A DNA stretch of 64,000 nt, taken from the NCBI GenBank assembly GCA_963849325.1, contig CAWKHF010000012.1:32001-96000 (forward strand). Reading direction: 5' to 3'. Shown piece after piece: positions 34,516 to 45,775 of the stretch. A program made the position numbers and the translations under genes. The notes under the pieces are model-generated. The model had not been told where the DNA came from. It made no database searches and saw only the letters and a program-made list of their open reading frames with translations. This stretch comes from an uncultured Planctomycetota bacterium (lineage in GTDB: Bacteria > Planctomycetota > Planctomycetia > Gemmatales > Gemmataceae). Position 1 is the first letter of the stretch. Each line of letters starts with the position of its first letter.

Positions 34516-34792
34516 GGCTTGATGCCCTATGGTTCGGTGAGACGCAGATTGCCCCACGCTTCATTCCCTTCCAGAGCAAGCGTGGGACGCCAGAACGAAA
34601 TTCCGGTAAAAGACGGCACGAGTTGAGATTTTGCTTGACGGAGAGACATCGTGAGGTTGCAATCCGGCTTCGAGCGCGCGCCCTAAGCACCTGCTTAGGG
34701 TGCGCTCGAAGAACATAGTTCGACGGCTTGGCGATTGATGCGTCCTCGTCACCAACGAGGTGGGGACGTATGCGACCGGGGGATTACGAACG

Positions 34793-35743
34793 ATGACGAG
34801 CTTCCTTGAGCCGGTTTTTCTCAATGAAAAAATGGTACTCAATTGCGCTGCCTATTTGTGGAAAGGGGTCGCCCTGGAGACCGAGTTGACGGAGAAGACT
34901 GAACACAACAAGGGTGGGACAATAAGTTTCGGTATTCCCTTCTTAAAATCGTTGTTGAGTCCAATTACGATGGCGGGAGAACTCAAGAAAGGGAGCATGG
35001 AGGAAAACAAATACGCCCGGCGCTATACGGTTGGTGGCCTTCACATGGCTGTACTGGATGAGCTTCGTAGTAGGAAGATGATTGAGACAGTCAACCCGTC
35101 TGATTTACTTTCTTCCAATGCTTCGTACATAGATATACAAGCTGTGCTTCGCCCGATTGATTATTATGCACTCATTCGGACATTAAAAACCATATTACCC
35201 GTTGTAACTCAGATCATCCGAGATTTTGGAGACAAGTTTATCCCGCGTCAGCAAGGCGGCAACGATCCGTCTAAACACTCAAAACACTCTCAATCACCGA
35301 CGTTAAGTCTGGCCGAGCGGTACGAAACATCACTTACGACGCTGTTAGAGAGTCTTGAGAGTGATTATCTCACCTCAAAACAGCTCGAAATGGTGATGTG
35401 GAGCGGAGGTGCGCCAGATACTCCCTTGGGTGTCGTAGACTTGGATATGTCGGACGCCGATCCCGCAGAGGTTAAGGCAAAGCTCACAGGTGGAAACTTC
35501 CATATTATTGGTAAGATTGTAAACAAGCTAGGGAATTCGGAATCGATGAACCTGATGCAAAGGAGTGTTTTGTCCTCTGGTCTTGAAGTTATCAATAAGC
35601 TGATGACCTTGCCTGAACTCAAGGAGGCAGGCAACAACTGGGTAACTGCAATTGAGAAAGCGCGTCCTATGACCGAAAAGCTTATCTCCCCAACGATTCA
35701 GGGACCGCTTATCCGAGTCGCTGCGATGTCTGTCTGTATATAG
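34793..35743 (+). CDS. Low-GC hypothetical protein, likely gene-cassette derived
   Basis: Intact 316-aa ORF, visibly AT-richer than its neighbours. Confidence 0.8.
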   Translation: MTSFLEPVFLNEKMVLNCAAYLWKGVALETELTEKTEHNKGGTISFGIPFLKSLLSPITMAGELKKGSMEENKYARRYTVGGLHMAVLDELRSRKMIETVNPSDLLSSNASYIDIQAVLRPIDYYALIRTLKTILPVVTQIIRDFGDKFIPRQQGGNDPSKHSKHSQSPTLSLAERYETSLTTLLESLESDYLTSKQLEMVMWSGGAPDTPLGVVDLDMSDADPAEVKAKLTGGNFHIIGKIVNKLGNSESMNLMQRSVLSSGLEVINKLMTLPELKEAGNNWVTAIEKARPMTEKLISPTIQGPLIRVAAMSVCI

Positions 35744-35837
35744 TAAATTGAATAGTGGCATAGTTTCATTCATTCCTTAATGAGGAAGCCGCCGAACCCT
35801 CAAATGAAAAAAGGGGAAATCGTGGATAGATATTCGG

Positions 35838-35938
35838 GCCGAACAAAACGCTGCATCAGACCGGCCACGCGAATAAAGGTTTGTCGTGTTTCAACGTCTT
35901 CTCCCGCGTGAGCCGACTGCTAATCGATGTCGCTCGGC
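35838..35938 (+). mobile_element. Degenerate integron attC site
   Basis: GCCGAAC-aaaac-GCTGCATCAGACCGGC ... GCCGACTGCTAATC-gatgtc-GCTCGGC: R''/L''/L'/R' layout with an imperfect central stem. Confidence 0.65.
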
Positions 35939-35990
35939 AAGATCGCCCTCTCTGTCATAGCGCTTGACGTTATTACGGCGTCACATCACG

Positions 35991-36272
35991 ATGATCCGCA
36001 GCTTCCGCGACACCGAGACGGAGAGGCTTTTCAACCGCGAGCGGGGGAGCAAACTCGCGCGTCCTCTTCAACGAGCAGCCATGCGGAAGTTGCTGCTTTT
36101 GGATGCCGCCGAATCGTTGACCGATCTCCGGGTTCCGCCCGCCAACCGCTTGGAGAAGTTGGCAGGCGACCGTGAGGGACAGCACAGCATCCGCATCAAC
36201 GACCAGTATCGCCTCTGCTTCCGCTGGGAGGACGGTGAGGCATATGACGTGGAAATCGTCGATTACCACTGA
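35991..36272 (+). CDS. higB: HigB (RelE/ParE superfamily) toxin
   Basis: MIRSFRD..TE, DLRVPPANRLEKL.GDREGQHSIRINDQYRLCFRW..VEIVDYH. Confidence 0.95.
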   Translation: MIRSFRDTETERLFNRERGSKLARPLQRAAMRKLLLLDAAESLTDLRVPPANRLEKLAGDREGQHSIRINDQYRLCFRWEDGEAYDVEIVDYH

Positions 36273-36281
36273 GGGATTGCC

Positions 36282-36602
36282 ATGGCACGCCGCAAACTAC
36301 CGCCGATTCATCCCGGCGAAATCCTCTTGGAGGAGTTCCTGTCTCCCCACGGCGTCAGCCAATACCGGCTGGCGAAGGAGACGAGCGTGCCGGCGCGTCG
36401 AATCAACGAAATAGTCCGGGGGGAACGGTCGATCAGCGCGGACACGGCGTTGCGGTTGGCGCGGTACTTCGGTACGTCGGAGCGGTTCTGGCTAAACCTC
36501 CAGTCGCGTTATGACCTGGAGGTAGAGAAAGACCGGCTGGGTGATCGGCTCCGCAACGAAGTGAAGGTTCTCGGCAGTCGGGCACCGGCTCCTCCGACAT
36601 GA
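36282..36602 (+). CDS. higA: HigA antitoxin
   Basis: PIHPGEILLEEFL, RINEIVRG.RSISADTALRLARYFGTS..FWLNLQ. Confidence 0.95.
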   Translation: MARRKLPPIHPGEILLEEFLSPHGVSQYRLAKETSVPARRINEIVRGERSISADTALRLARYFGTSERFWLNLQSRYDLEVEKDRLGDRLRNEVKVLGSRAPAPPT

Positions 36603-36784
36603 TCCTCGGGTACGCGAGCAGAACAAGCGACCCATCGTGGCCGCCTCGCCGTGCGGTCCCGGCGCGTGTCCTTTCCGTCCGGGCCGCTTCGATGATCCCT
36701 GCTCGATGTTCCACTTCTGGTCGCCGCACCCTGGCGGAGACAACTTCGCCTGCGACATATTCCGCCAACCCGCTGTTGTTGGCG

Positions 36785-37547
36785 TTAGTCTGCCGCGTCG
36801 GGGGAGGGACTGTCTCGCTGCCCTGAGGGACCGGCGGCGAGCAGCATTCGCGTGAACTTGTAGAACAATCGCTGCCCCGAGCGTGGGCTGGGCTGGGCCA
36901 GTACCAGCTGCGCCTCCAGTCCGCTGCCGTCGAGCAAGCGCAGCAGATAATCCGGGTTCACTTCCACGGCGGCGCGGTCGCCGGCCCAGCGCTCCACCAA
37001 CGGGGCCGCGAACAGGTCCGCGAAGATGACGCCGTCCTCCGCCAGCAGTCGCCGCGCCTCGCGCAGCAACAGCGCCGTCTCGTTCGGATAGGTGTGGGTA
37101 AACACGCTGAAAAACACGATGAACTGAAACGAGACGTTGTAGACCGGCAGCACGGTCATGCCGCTGGTGCGGAAGTTGAAGTTGTGGCGGCGGAAGCGCG
37201 AACGGCAGAAGGCGACCGCGTTCCGGGCTGATGTCGGTGCCGCAATAGAGTCCGCGATCGCTCAGGAAATCGAACAGCGCGGCGGTCAGTTGCCCGGTGC
37301 CGCAGCCAACGTCCAGGACCTTCGCGTCCGGGGTCAGTCCGAGGTTGACGAGCAGTTGCCGCTTCACGGCGCCGAGCTGTTCGTACTCTTCCTTCGTGGA
37401 CGGACCCACGATTGTCCAGTAATCGCGCTGCAAGTCCCAGGTGGAATACCAACGGCGATAATCGATGTCGCTGCGTCCGCCCGTCAGGCGGCGCAGGCCA
37501 CGAGCAGCCCGCGAAACGAAGCTCCGTATCGTATGTTTGGTTGTCAT
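36785..37547 (-). CDS. Class I SAM-dependent methyltransferase; frameshift near 37220
   Basis: VLDVGCGTG, GTDIS, SVFTH. Confidence 0.85.
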
Positions 37548-37609
37548 GGGTATCCTTCCCCTTTCGGGCGTCCTTGCCTGTTGGAACCGCTCCGAGTGAC
37601 GGAGCGCTG

Positions 37610-39073
37610 TCACTCAAATAAACTCGACCACTTCTTGCGCATGTCCTGGACGATCTCTTCCTGCTGCCGCAACGCCTCTCGGTCCTTGTCGGTTCGCTTG
37701 TCGCCCAGCCGCAGGACATGCTCGGCCACGACGAACCATTCAACTCCGGAAAGGACGTATTCACGGCTGAGTTGACGGGCTTCCTCGGCGTCGGGACTGC
37801 CGTAGGGGCCGGCGCGGCCCAGTTGCTCGGCCAGGGCGTTCAGCTCGCGCTGCTGCTCGGCCAGGACCGACAGAACGGCATCCACCTTGGCGGGGTCGCG
37901 GCGAGTCGGGTGCATTTCCAGTAACGGCTCGGCCTCGTCGGCGTAAACCGTTCGCGCCTTCCGCATGGACTCCAAAATGGGCCGACGAAAGCGGTCCACG
38001 AAGCGCCGGTCCTCGGCCTCTTGCCATTGCTTCTCGACCTCTTGCCAGTGCTTGTCGGTCAGACGGGCGCGCTCGATGGCGTACTGTCCGTACCAGCCCA
38101 GCGGGACGAAGCCGAGGAAGGCCAGCCAGCGCCAGCCGGGCGGCCCAAAGCGATGCAGGTGCAGCAGCAGGGCGGCCAGCGCCCCGGCGGCGGCGCCGCC
38201 GAAATGGCCCCAGCCGCTGACGTTCTCGAACGAGCTGATGAACACCAGCAGGACGAAATTGACGATCGTATTGTTCCGCGCCTGGCGCAGCAGGGCGCGA
38301 GGGAGATAGCGGCGGTTGAACAGGAACCACACGGCCTCGGCGGCGAGCAGGCCGCAGACGGCCCCCGAAGCGCCCGCGTTCAAGCCGACGTGGTGGACCA
38401 CCCCCAGACAGCTCCCACCCAGCAGGGCGACGAGGTAGATCACCAAGTAACGGACGTGCCCCCACATCTGCTCAATGAAACGGCCGGCCAGGAACAGGCA
38501 CGCCATGTTCATCAGCAAATGCATGCAGCCGACGTGGACGAAACCGGACGTCAGCAGGCGCCACCATTGCCCGTCGATTACGTGACGGGCCGACAGCGCG
38601 CCGCTTTTTTCGAGCAGCCGCGCCACCACGGCCGTTACCGGAATGCCGCGCAGAAAATCGTTGCCCGCCCCCAGCTGTCCGGCCGCATAATAGCCGGCGG
38701 CGAAGACGAGGACGTTGGCGACGACGAGGAGGACCGTGACACGCGGAGGCAGTCGGCCGCGCAGCGCCTGGCGGATGATGGCGCCACGGTCGCCGGGGGA
38801 CACCGGCTGCCCGGCCCGCAGACGTCGCAGCGCTTCCGGATCGAGCAGGACGCGCTCGCCGTCGCGCGTCAGCGACACGCCGGGTCCGGTTTCGGGAGTG
38901 CCGGGTACCTTGCGAAGAAGGCCATCCAGCGCCAGTTCCTCCAGGCAATGGCCCAGCGCTTGCGGGTCCACGCCGCCCTGCTTGGCGTACAGGCGCGGAT
39001 ACCACGGCTCGGGCGCGGCGGCGGCACACAGGCGCAGGATCGTCTCCAGGGGGTTCAGGACGTCCTCGCTCAT
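37610..39073 (-). CDS. Rhomboid family intramembrane serine protease
   Basis: WWRLLTSGFVH..HLLMN, GASGA, GHFGGA. Confidence 0.9.
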   Translation of the reverse strand: MSEDVLNPLETILRLCAAAAPEPWYPRLYAKQGGVDPQALGHCLEELALDGLLRKVPGTPETGPGVSLTRDGERVLLDPEALRRLRAGQPVSPGDRGAIIRQALRGRLPPRVTVLLVVANVLVFAAGYYAAGQLGAGNDFLRGIPVTAVVARLLEKSGALSARHVIDGQWWRLLTSGFVHVGCMHLLMNMACLFLAGRFIEQMWGHVRYLVIYLVALLGGSCLGVVHHVGLNAGASGAVCGLLAAEAVWFLFNRRYLPRALLRQARNNTIVNFVLLVFISSFENVSGWGHFGGAAAGALAALLLHLHRFGPPGWRWLAFLGFVPLGWYGQYAIERARLTDKHWQEVEKQWQEAEDRRFVDRFRRPILESMRKARTVYADEAEPLLEMHPTRRDPAKVDAVLSVLAEQQRELNALAEQLGRAGPYGSPDAEEARQLSREYVLSGVEWFVVAEHVLRLGDKRTDKDREALRQQEEIVQDMRKKWSSLFE

Positions 39074-39272
39074 GGAACGCTGTCGGTCCTCCCGTTTCTC
39101 CACCGGATCGCACCTGGGGACCATTATCCGGAATGAGAGGGTTGAAGTCGATTGCAAGGCGGCGGCGATGTCCTTCCGTCGCCCTCCGCCATTGACCGAC
39201 GCGGGCAAGTCGGCCTGTACTTCCCCGCACGGATGAGATAAATTGCAAGGGTAAGAACTAGCGGAAAAAACC

Positions 39273-39327
39273 CGTCCGAGCCGGAAGCGTAAGCGAAGTC
39301 TCTTCGTTCACGCTTCCGGCTCGGACG
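39273..39327. repeat. REP-like palindrome family A, copy 3
   Basis: GAGCCGGAAGCGTAAGCGAAG...CACGCTTCCGGCTC (slightly degenerate). Confidence 0.85.
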
Positions 39328-39467
39328 AATTCGCCGCCGGAAGTACCCGCAAGAGTTCTCTCCCCGTGCCTGGATAACGGAAGCGATCGCGACCCTTTCC
39401 CCGGAGCACTTTCGTTCCGTCTCGATGCCATCCGGCCCGGCCCACCGCTCCCTGTTTGGAGGCGCTC

Positions 39468-41341
39468 ATGACCGCCGCTGTTCGTCCCTTCCTTTTCTCC
39501 TCTTTCGTCGTTCCCATGCTGGCCCTGGCCGGCGGGACGATCGCCAGCGCCGCCCCCAAGCCGGACAGCTACTGGCGCGTCGAGGACATCCGACCCGGCA
39601 TGAAGGGCGTCGGCCGGACCGTCATGAAGGGAACGAAGGTCGAGTCGTTCCAGGCCGAAGTGCTGGGCGTGCTCAAGAACACCAGCCCCGGCCGCGACAT
39701 GGTCCTCTGCCGGCTGTCGGGCCTGAACCTGGAAAAGACCGGCGTCATCGCCGGCATGAGCGGCAGTCCCGTCTACATCGACGACAAGCTGCTCGGCGCC
39801 GTCGCCTACGCCTGGCCCTACGGCAAGGAGCCGATCGCCGGCATCACGCCGTTCTGCCAGATGCACGGCTTCGTCGAGGCGTTCGAGCGCCGCGATCTGG
39901 CCGAGCCGGGCAAGCCGACGCGCGTCGGCTTGCGACAGCCGCTTGTCATCGACGGGAAGGAGTTCGATAGCGTCACCGTGTCGCAGGGTTTCGACGACGC
40001 CAGCGGCGGGACCACCGATGGCCTGTGGATGATGCCGCTGCGCACGCCGCTGTCGGCGACCGGCTTCACGCGGAACAGCTTGAAGTTGTTGCAGCGAGCG
40101 CTGCGGTCCATTCGGCATGGTGCCGATGCAGGGCGGCGCGGCGCCGGCCCGCATCGTCGCCGAGGAGAAGGACGCGCCGCTGGAGCCGGGCAGTCCGCTG
40201 GCTGTCTCGCTGATCCGCGGCGACTTCGATCTGTCCGGCATCGGCACCGTCACCCACGTCGAGGGCAACCGCGTCTACGGCTGGGGCCATCCGTTCATGG
40301 GCCTCGGCTCCTGCGAGTTTCCGCTGATGACCGGCTACATCACACCGTCTATCCGCGGCAGACGGTCAGCTTCAAGATGGGCTCGCCGCTCAAGTCGGTG
40401 GGCGTCATCAACGCCGACGTCAGCACCTGCATCGCCGGCTGGCTCGGCCGCAAGGCCGACATGCTGCCGGTGCGCATGACCGTGACGCTCGGCGCCGGAC
40501 GACACCGCCACGCACGTTCAACGTCGAGATCGCCCGCCAGCACACGCTGCTGCCGATGCTGGTGTTCACGGCCCTGTCGAACGCCGTGGACATGGAGGGC
40601 GAATTGCCCGAGGAGATGACGGCCGACCTGGAAGCCCGCATCGAGGTCGAGGGCACGCGCGCCGATCGTCATCAAGGACACGTTCTCCGGCCTCAGCGGC
40701 AGCCGGGCGCCGCAGGCGCTGTACAGCCAGGTCGGCGCCGTGGTCAACATGCTGACGCGCAACTCGTTTCAGCCGGTGCGCATCTGGCCCGCATCGACTG
40801 CCGGACGCGGGTGCGGCCCGGCCGGCGCACGGCCGACATCGAGTCGGTGGAGCTGGCCTCGGACACGTATGAGCCGGGCGAGACGCGTCAAGGCGACCGT
40901 GTTCCTGCGGCCGTACAAGGGCGTGCGCGCAGCGCGTGCCGGTGTCGCTGAAGCTGCCGGTCGATCTGCCCGAAGGGCCGTATGTCGCCACCGTCGGCGA
41001 CGACCTGCTCAACGCCCGCCTGATGCTGCACGACAACCCGACGCTGAGCAATCCGCACGAATCTCGAGCAGGTCTTCGAGGCCGTGCGCGTGCAAACGAG
41101 CGTGCGGCGCACCAACCTGGTGCTGCGTCTGCCGGTGCCAGACGCGGGCGTGGCCCTGAGCGGCAAGTCGCTGCCGCATCTGCCGCCGAGCATGGTGCAG
41201 ATCCTCGGCAACGGCCGTCGCACCGGCGCCCAGACCATGAGCACCGCCCTGGTGGCGCGCCAGCCGACCGACTGGGTGATCCAGGGCACCGAAGCCGTGC
41301 GCTTCCACGTCGTCCGGCACAAGAAGACTAATGACGAGTGA
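39468..41341 (+). CDS. SpoIVB peptidase S55 domain protein; multiple frameshifts
   Basis: GMKG.GRTV, IAGMSGSPVY..KLLGAVAY, GTVT..GWGHPF. Confidence 0.85.
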
Positions 41342-41368
41342 CGGCGAATCCAAGAAGGGATCCGAGGC

Positions 41369-41441
41369 GTAGGGTGGGTCTCGTTCCACTGGACCCACCG
41401 CACGCCCGCCGGTGGGTCTCGTTCCACTCGACCCACCCTAC
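41369..41441. repeat. GTAG-type REP doublet (REPIN-like)
   Basis: GTAG-GGTGGGTC..GACCCACC..GGTGGGTC..GACCCACC-CTAC. Confidence 0.75.
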
Positions 41442-41455
41442 TCAGAGGAGAATTC

Positions 41456-43628
41456 ATGTTGCGATCTCGCTTGTCGTTTATCGTGGCCGTGATATTTCTC
41501 TGTCCGTCGCTGCTTTCTGCGGCCAAGGTCAAGGTGTGGTACCAACACACACCGGCGCAGTACGACAAGGCCCAGCTCAAGCAGATGGTCGTCAGCAGCG
41601 AAGGCACGCTGCGGCTGTCGCGGCGGTTGCGACCGCTGGCCGGCCTCGACGCCGCCCACGTCTGGGACATGGTCGAGGACCGCGACGGCAACCTGTACGT
41701 CGCCACCGGCGACGAGGGCAAGATTTACACGCTGCCGCCGGAGGGCAAGCCGGTCGAGGTGTACGCTGGCGAGCAGAGCCAGATCTTGTGCCTGGCCGCG
41801 GCGTCCGACGGCAGTATCTACGCCGGCACCGGGCCGAACGGGCAGATCCTGCGCATCGATCCGCGCGGCGAAGGCAAGCTGTTCTGCGACGACCGGCGAA
41901 TCCTACGTCTGGTCGCTGGCCGTCGATCCGCGAGGCCAGGCGCTCTACGCCGGCACCGGGCCGCACGGGCCGCATCTATCGCATCGACGGCGAAGGCAAG
42001 GCGACCGTCTTCTACGCGACGCAGCAGGAGCACATCCTCTGCCTGGCCGCCGGCGCCGACGGCATGCTCTACGCCGGCACCGACAAGGGCGGCCTCGTCT
42101 ACCGCATCGACCCGCAGGGCAAGGGCTTCGTGCTCTACCAGGCCAAGCAGGCCGAGGTGCGTGCCTTGCGAGTGACGCCGGAGGCGGTCTACGCCGGCAC
42201 CAGCGCGCCGACGCTGCGTCGCCGCGGCGGCGGGGGCGGTCCAACCGCTCGCGGCGCGACCGTCGGCGCGCTCGACATCACTTCTTCCGAGCGGGTGTCC
42301 GATAAGAAGTCAAAAACGGATAAAAAAGAGACCGCAACAGGGAAAAAGACGGCGGCCTCGGAGGATCGGGAGGGATTCAAGTCGAACCCGGCGTCGGCCC
42401 CGTCGTCGCCGGCGAGCGGCGAGAACTCCGTCTATCGCATCGCTCCCGACGGCACCGTGCGCGAGGTCTTCCGCGAGAAAGCGATGGTGCTGAGCCTGCT
42501 GCGCCAAGGCGAGCACTTCTTCGTCGGCACCGGCATGGAGGGCCAGCTGTTCGAGGTCGACGAGGCCACGCGCGAGCGCAGCGAGATCGCCCGCCTCGAC
42601 CACGGCCAGATTCTGTGCCTGTGCCGCCGCCGCGACGGCTCCATCGTGCTCGGCACCGGCGATCCCGGCAAGCTGTACGTCCTCCAGGACCGCTACGCGG
42701 CCAGCGGCACGCGTGCTCTCCGAGGTGCTCGACGCCAAGATCATCAGCAAGTGGGGCGCGCTGCGCTGGGAGGGCGACACGCCGGAAGGGACGAGCGTGA
42801 GCGTGGCGGTGCGCAGCGGCAACGTCGCCGAGCCGGACGACACCTGGAGCGACTGGTCGGCCGAGCAGACCGACGCCGAACAGGCCGTGATCGCCGCGCC
42901 GGCGGCCCGCTTCCTGCAATACCGCGTCACGCTGGCCACCGACCAACCCCGAACAGCACGCCCTCCGTGCGCGCCGTGACGCTGCGCTACATGACGACCA
43001 ACCAGGCGCCGGAGATCACCAAGGTCGAGGCGCCGGACCTCAACGCCGTCAACCTGGACAACCCCAAGAAGCTCAAGTTCAAGTGGTCGGCCGTCGATGC
43101 CAACGAGGACGATCTGACCTATCGCGTTCTACGTCCGCAAGGACGGCTGGAAGAACTGGGTGGAGCTGGAAGACGACCTCGACAAGACGGAATACGAATG
43201 GGACACGACGACCACGCCGTCGGGCATCTACCGCGTGAAGGTGACGGCCAGCGACCGCAAGGACAACCCCGAGGGCGAGGCGCTGACGGCCGAGCGAGTC
43301 AGTCCGCCCTTCGTGGTCTGCCACGACGGCGCCGGCGGTGACCGTGAAGGCGGCGGGCATCGAGGGCGATCAGGTCATCCTGGAAGCGACGGCACGGTCG
43401 CCGCTGGTGCGCCTGACCGCGGCGTCGTTCGCGGTCAACGGCAAGAAGTGGGTCAACGTCTTCCCGACGGACGGCCTGTTCGACAGCAAGGCCGAGACGT
43501 TCCGGTTCAAGACCGAGGGGCTGAAGCCGGGCACCTATGTGGTGGTGCTGCGCGTGCGCGACGCGGCGGGCAACACCGGATCGGCGGATGTGGTTTTCAA
43601 CGTGCAGCCGAAAGCGGCGGCGAAGTGA
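41456..43628 (+). CDS. Secreted beta-propeller protein with C-terminal Ig/FN3-like domains; multiple frameshifts
   Basis: Signal peptide, repeated LYAGT..G.IYRI blades, RSGN..PD.TWSDWS, ARFLQYR. Confidence 0.75.
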
Positions 43629-43646
43629 ACCAAATCATGATGCCGT

Positions 43647-43704
43647 CCGAGCCGCGACCGTCAGGGAGTGGGGCTTTCTCCGCTCCCTGACGGTCGCGGC
43701 TCGG
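43647..43704. repeat. REP-like palindrome family B, copy 2
   Basis: CCGAGCCGCGACCGTCAGGGAG...CTCCCTGACGGTCGCGGCTCGG between convergent genes. Confidence 0.9.
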
Positions 43705-43711
43705 TTTGGTC

Positions 43712-44703
43712 TCAACTTGTCGTCATTCGCAGCAGTACCTTCCCCTGTCGTCCTGGCTGCGCCGCCTGGTGGACGGCGGCGTGGATGTCCGTCAGCGGAA
43801 AGCTCGGACCCACTTCCGAGACGAGCACGCCGGCGCGGATGAGTTTGCCAATCTTCCGAAACAGCCACAGCATCGTCCACGGCTTCTGATCGCGCACCCA
43901 CTCCGATAGCCAGAAGCCCTCGACCCGTTTCCGGCCGATCATCAGCGCGGGGATCGAGACTCAACGGCTCGCCGGCGAGGGTGCCGTAGGCGAGCATTCG
44001 ACCGCCGCGCCCCAGGGTGCGAACGACCTCCGAACCCGTCATCCCGCCTACCGCGTCCAGAGCGAAACGCACGCCATCGCCGCCGGTGGCGGCCTGGACC
44101 TTCTCGGTCAGCGATTCGTCGTTGGTGGCGATGGCCGCTGTGCCGCCCAGGCGCAGCAACTCCTCGGCCTGTTCGGAGCGGCGCACGACGTTGAGGGTGC
44201 GGAAGCCGAAACGCTGACCCAACCGGATGACCATGCGGCCCAGCGTGCTCGCCGCCGCCGTCTGCAGCAGCCAGGCGCCGGCCGGCACCTTCAAGACGTA
44301 GCGCGTCATGACGAGGGCGCTGGCCGGGTTGATGAAGAACGTGGCCGCCTGCTCGTCGCTCAGCTCCTTGGGGATGGGGACGGCCTGTCGCGCCGGGATG
44401 ACGACGTGTTCTTTCCAGTTGCCGTTGCCGCTATTGAGGACGGCGACGCGCCGGCCCATCACTCGCCGCGCCAGCAGGCCGGAGCCAGACTCGACGACGC
44501 CGACGCCCTCAAAGCCGGGCGTCGCAGGCAGCGGCGGCTGTCGTCCGTACTGGCCGCGCACCAGCAGCAAGTCGGAGGGGTTGATCGGACTGGCGATCAT
44601 GCGCAGCGCGCACCTCGCCGCGCCGCGGCTCCGGCTGCGGCACGTCGCGCACTTGCAACACTTCTTCCGGCTCGCCCCATTTCTCGCAGACGATGGCTTT
44701 CAT
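43712..44703 (-). CDS. MDR-family oxidoreductase (enoyl-reductase/quinone-reductase-like); frameshifts
   Basis: SPINPSDL, PGFEGVG, FINP, QTAAAS, ALDAVGG. Confidence 0.85.
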
Positions 44704-44728
44704 GGTCTCCTTTCTAGCGGCTTTCCTT

Positions 44729-45114
44729 TCATGGTGGCTCTTGAAATAGCACGAGAGAAGGAAGGACGGTCTGCATCAACGCGAAATGTTGGTCTCGCGT
44801 CCACCGTTCGATTCCATGCTCGATGGCCACGCACGCCAGAATGACGTCAGGAAAGGGGACCGTTACCCCGCCAGCCCGTGAGGCTGCGAGAGCGTCGCCA
44901 ACAGCGTCCCAGATTGCATCGAGGATCGTGACTTGCGTCAGGGTGTTCAACTGATTGAGCAGCCGTTGTCGATCCGCGGGATTTCGCGCTCCGTGCATCA
45001 CCTCGGCGAGGTGATCCCGCAGATGGCCGCCTGATGGGTCTGGAGCAAGCCCAGGACCTTCGGATCGGGCTTCTTCAGATAACCGATGAGGACGTTGGCA
45101 TCAACGAGAATCAT
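44729..45114 (-). CDS. vapC: PIN-domain (VapC) toxin; frameshift near 45005
   Basis: MILVDANVLI, E..HGAR, DVILA, WTRDQHF. Confidence 0.85.
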
Positions 45115-45358
45115 GGCAGGAGGTCGTTCGCGTGTCGGAGGTCTATCTGATCTTGCTCTCTCTGGGCCTCGAAATCGTAATCCGTAATTTCTCGGGCAAG
45201 GCGATCGAAGACCGTCCAATCGCCGGTCCCAGGCCGAATGCCGGCGAGCGACTCCTCTCCAGCACGATAATTTCAATCGTCTGCTCGACGAGTGGGCGTA
45301 ACTCGGGCAGGTTCAAGGTTTCCGAATCCAACTTTTTGCGAATGCGAATCGCCTTCAT
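45111..45358 (-). CDS. Putative antitoxin (probably frameshifted)
   Basis: MKAIRIRKKLDSETLNLPEL..IEIIVL; alternate frame ends with an ATGA overlap on vapC. Confidence 0.55.
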
Positions 45359-45509
45359 GGGATTGCCCTCAAGGATTTCTTCCATTATACCTGCCATCGA
45401 GCCACTGTCCGAACCTGCCGCACCGACGGCCGGTTAGCGGTGCGGGCTTGATTCCGAGCGTGGAAAGCCAGAAAATCTCTTGGGCAGTTCCCGGGGAGGA
45501 GAAATCGTC

Positions 45510-45761
45510 ATGACTTATGAGCAAGCACGGCAATACCTGTGGCGAGAGCCGTTTCAACCTGTGCGCATCCGCCTGAAAGACGGGCGAACCTTTGACATTC
45601 GCCATAGCGGCTGGACGCTGGCCGCGGAGGCCCTCTTGATCGTTGGCCTCCCGCCGGAGGATGATCCCAACTCCCGGTTTTCCGACCGCTCGGTATGGGT
45701 GCGATGGCCGGAAGTGGACGCCATCGAGTTACTGTCCGAACCGGCCGCCCCGACCGTGTGA
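45510..45761 (+). CDS. Small hypothetical protein (PFQP motif family), paralog 1
   Basis: GGAGG RBS; REPFQPVRIRLKDGRTFDIRH. Confidence 0.75.
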   Translation: MTYEQARQYLWREPFQPVRIRLKDGRTFDIRHSGWTLAAEALLIVGLPPEDDPNSRFSDRSVWVRWPEVDAIELLSEPAAPTV

Positions 45762-45775
45762 GGGAGGACGCGCCC

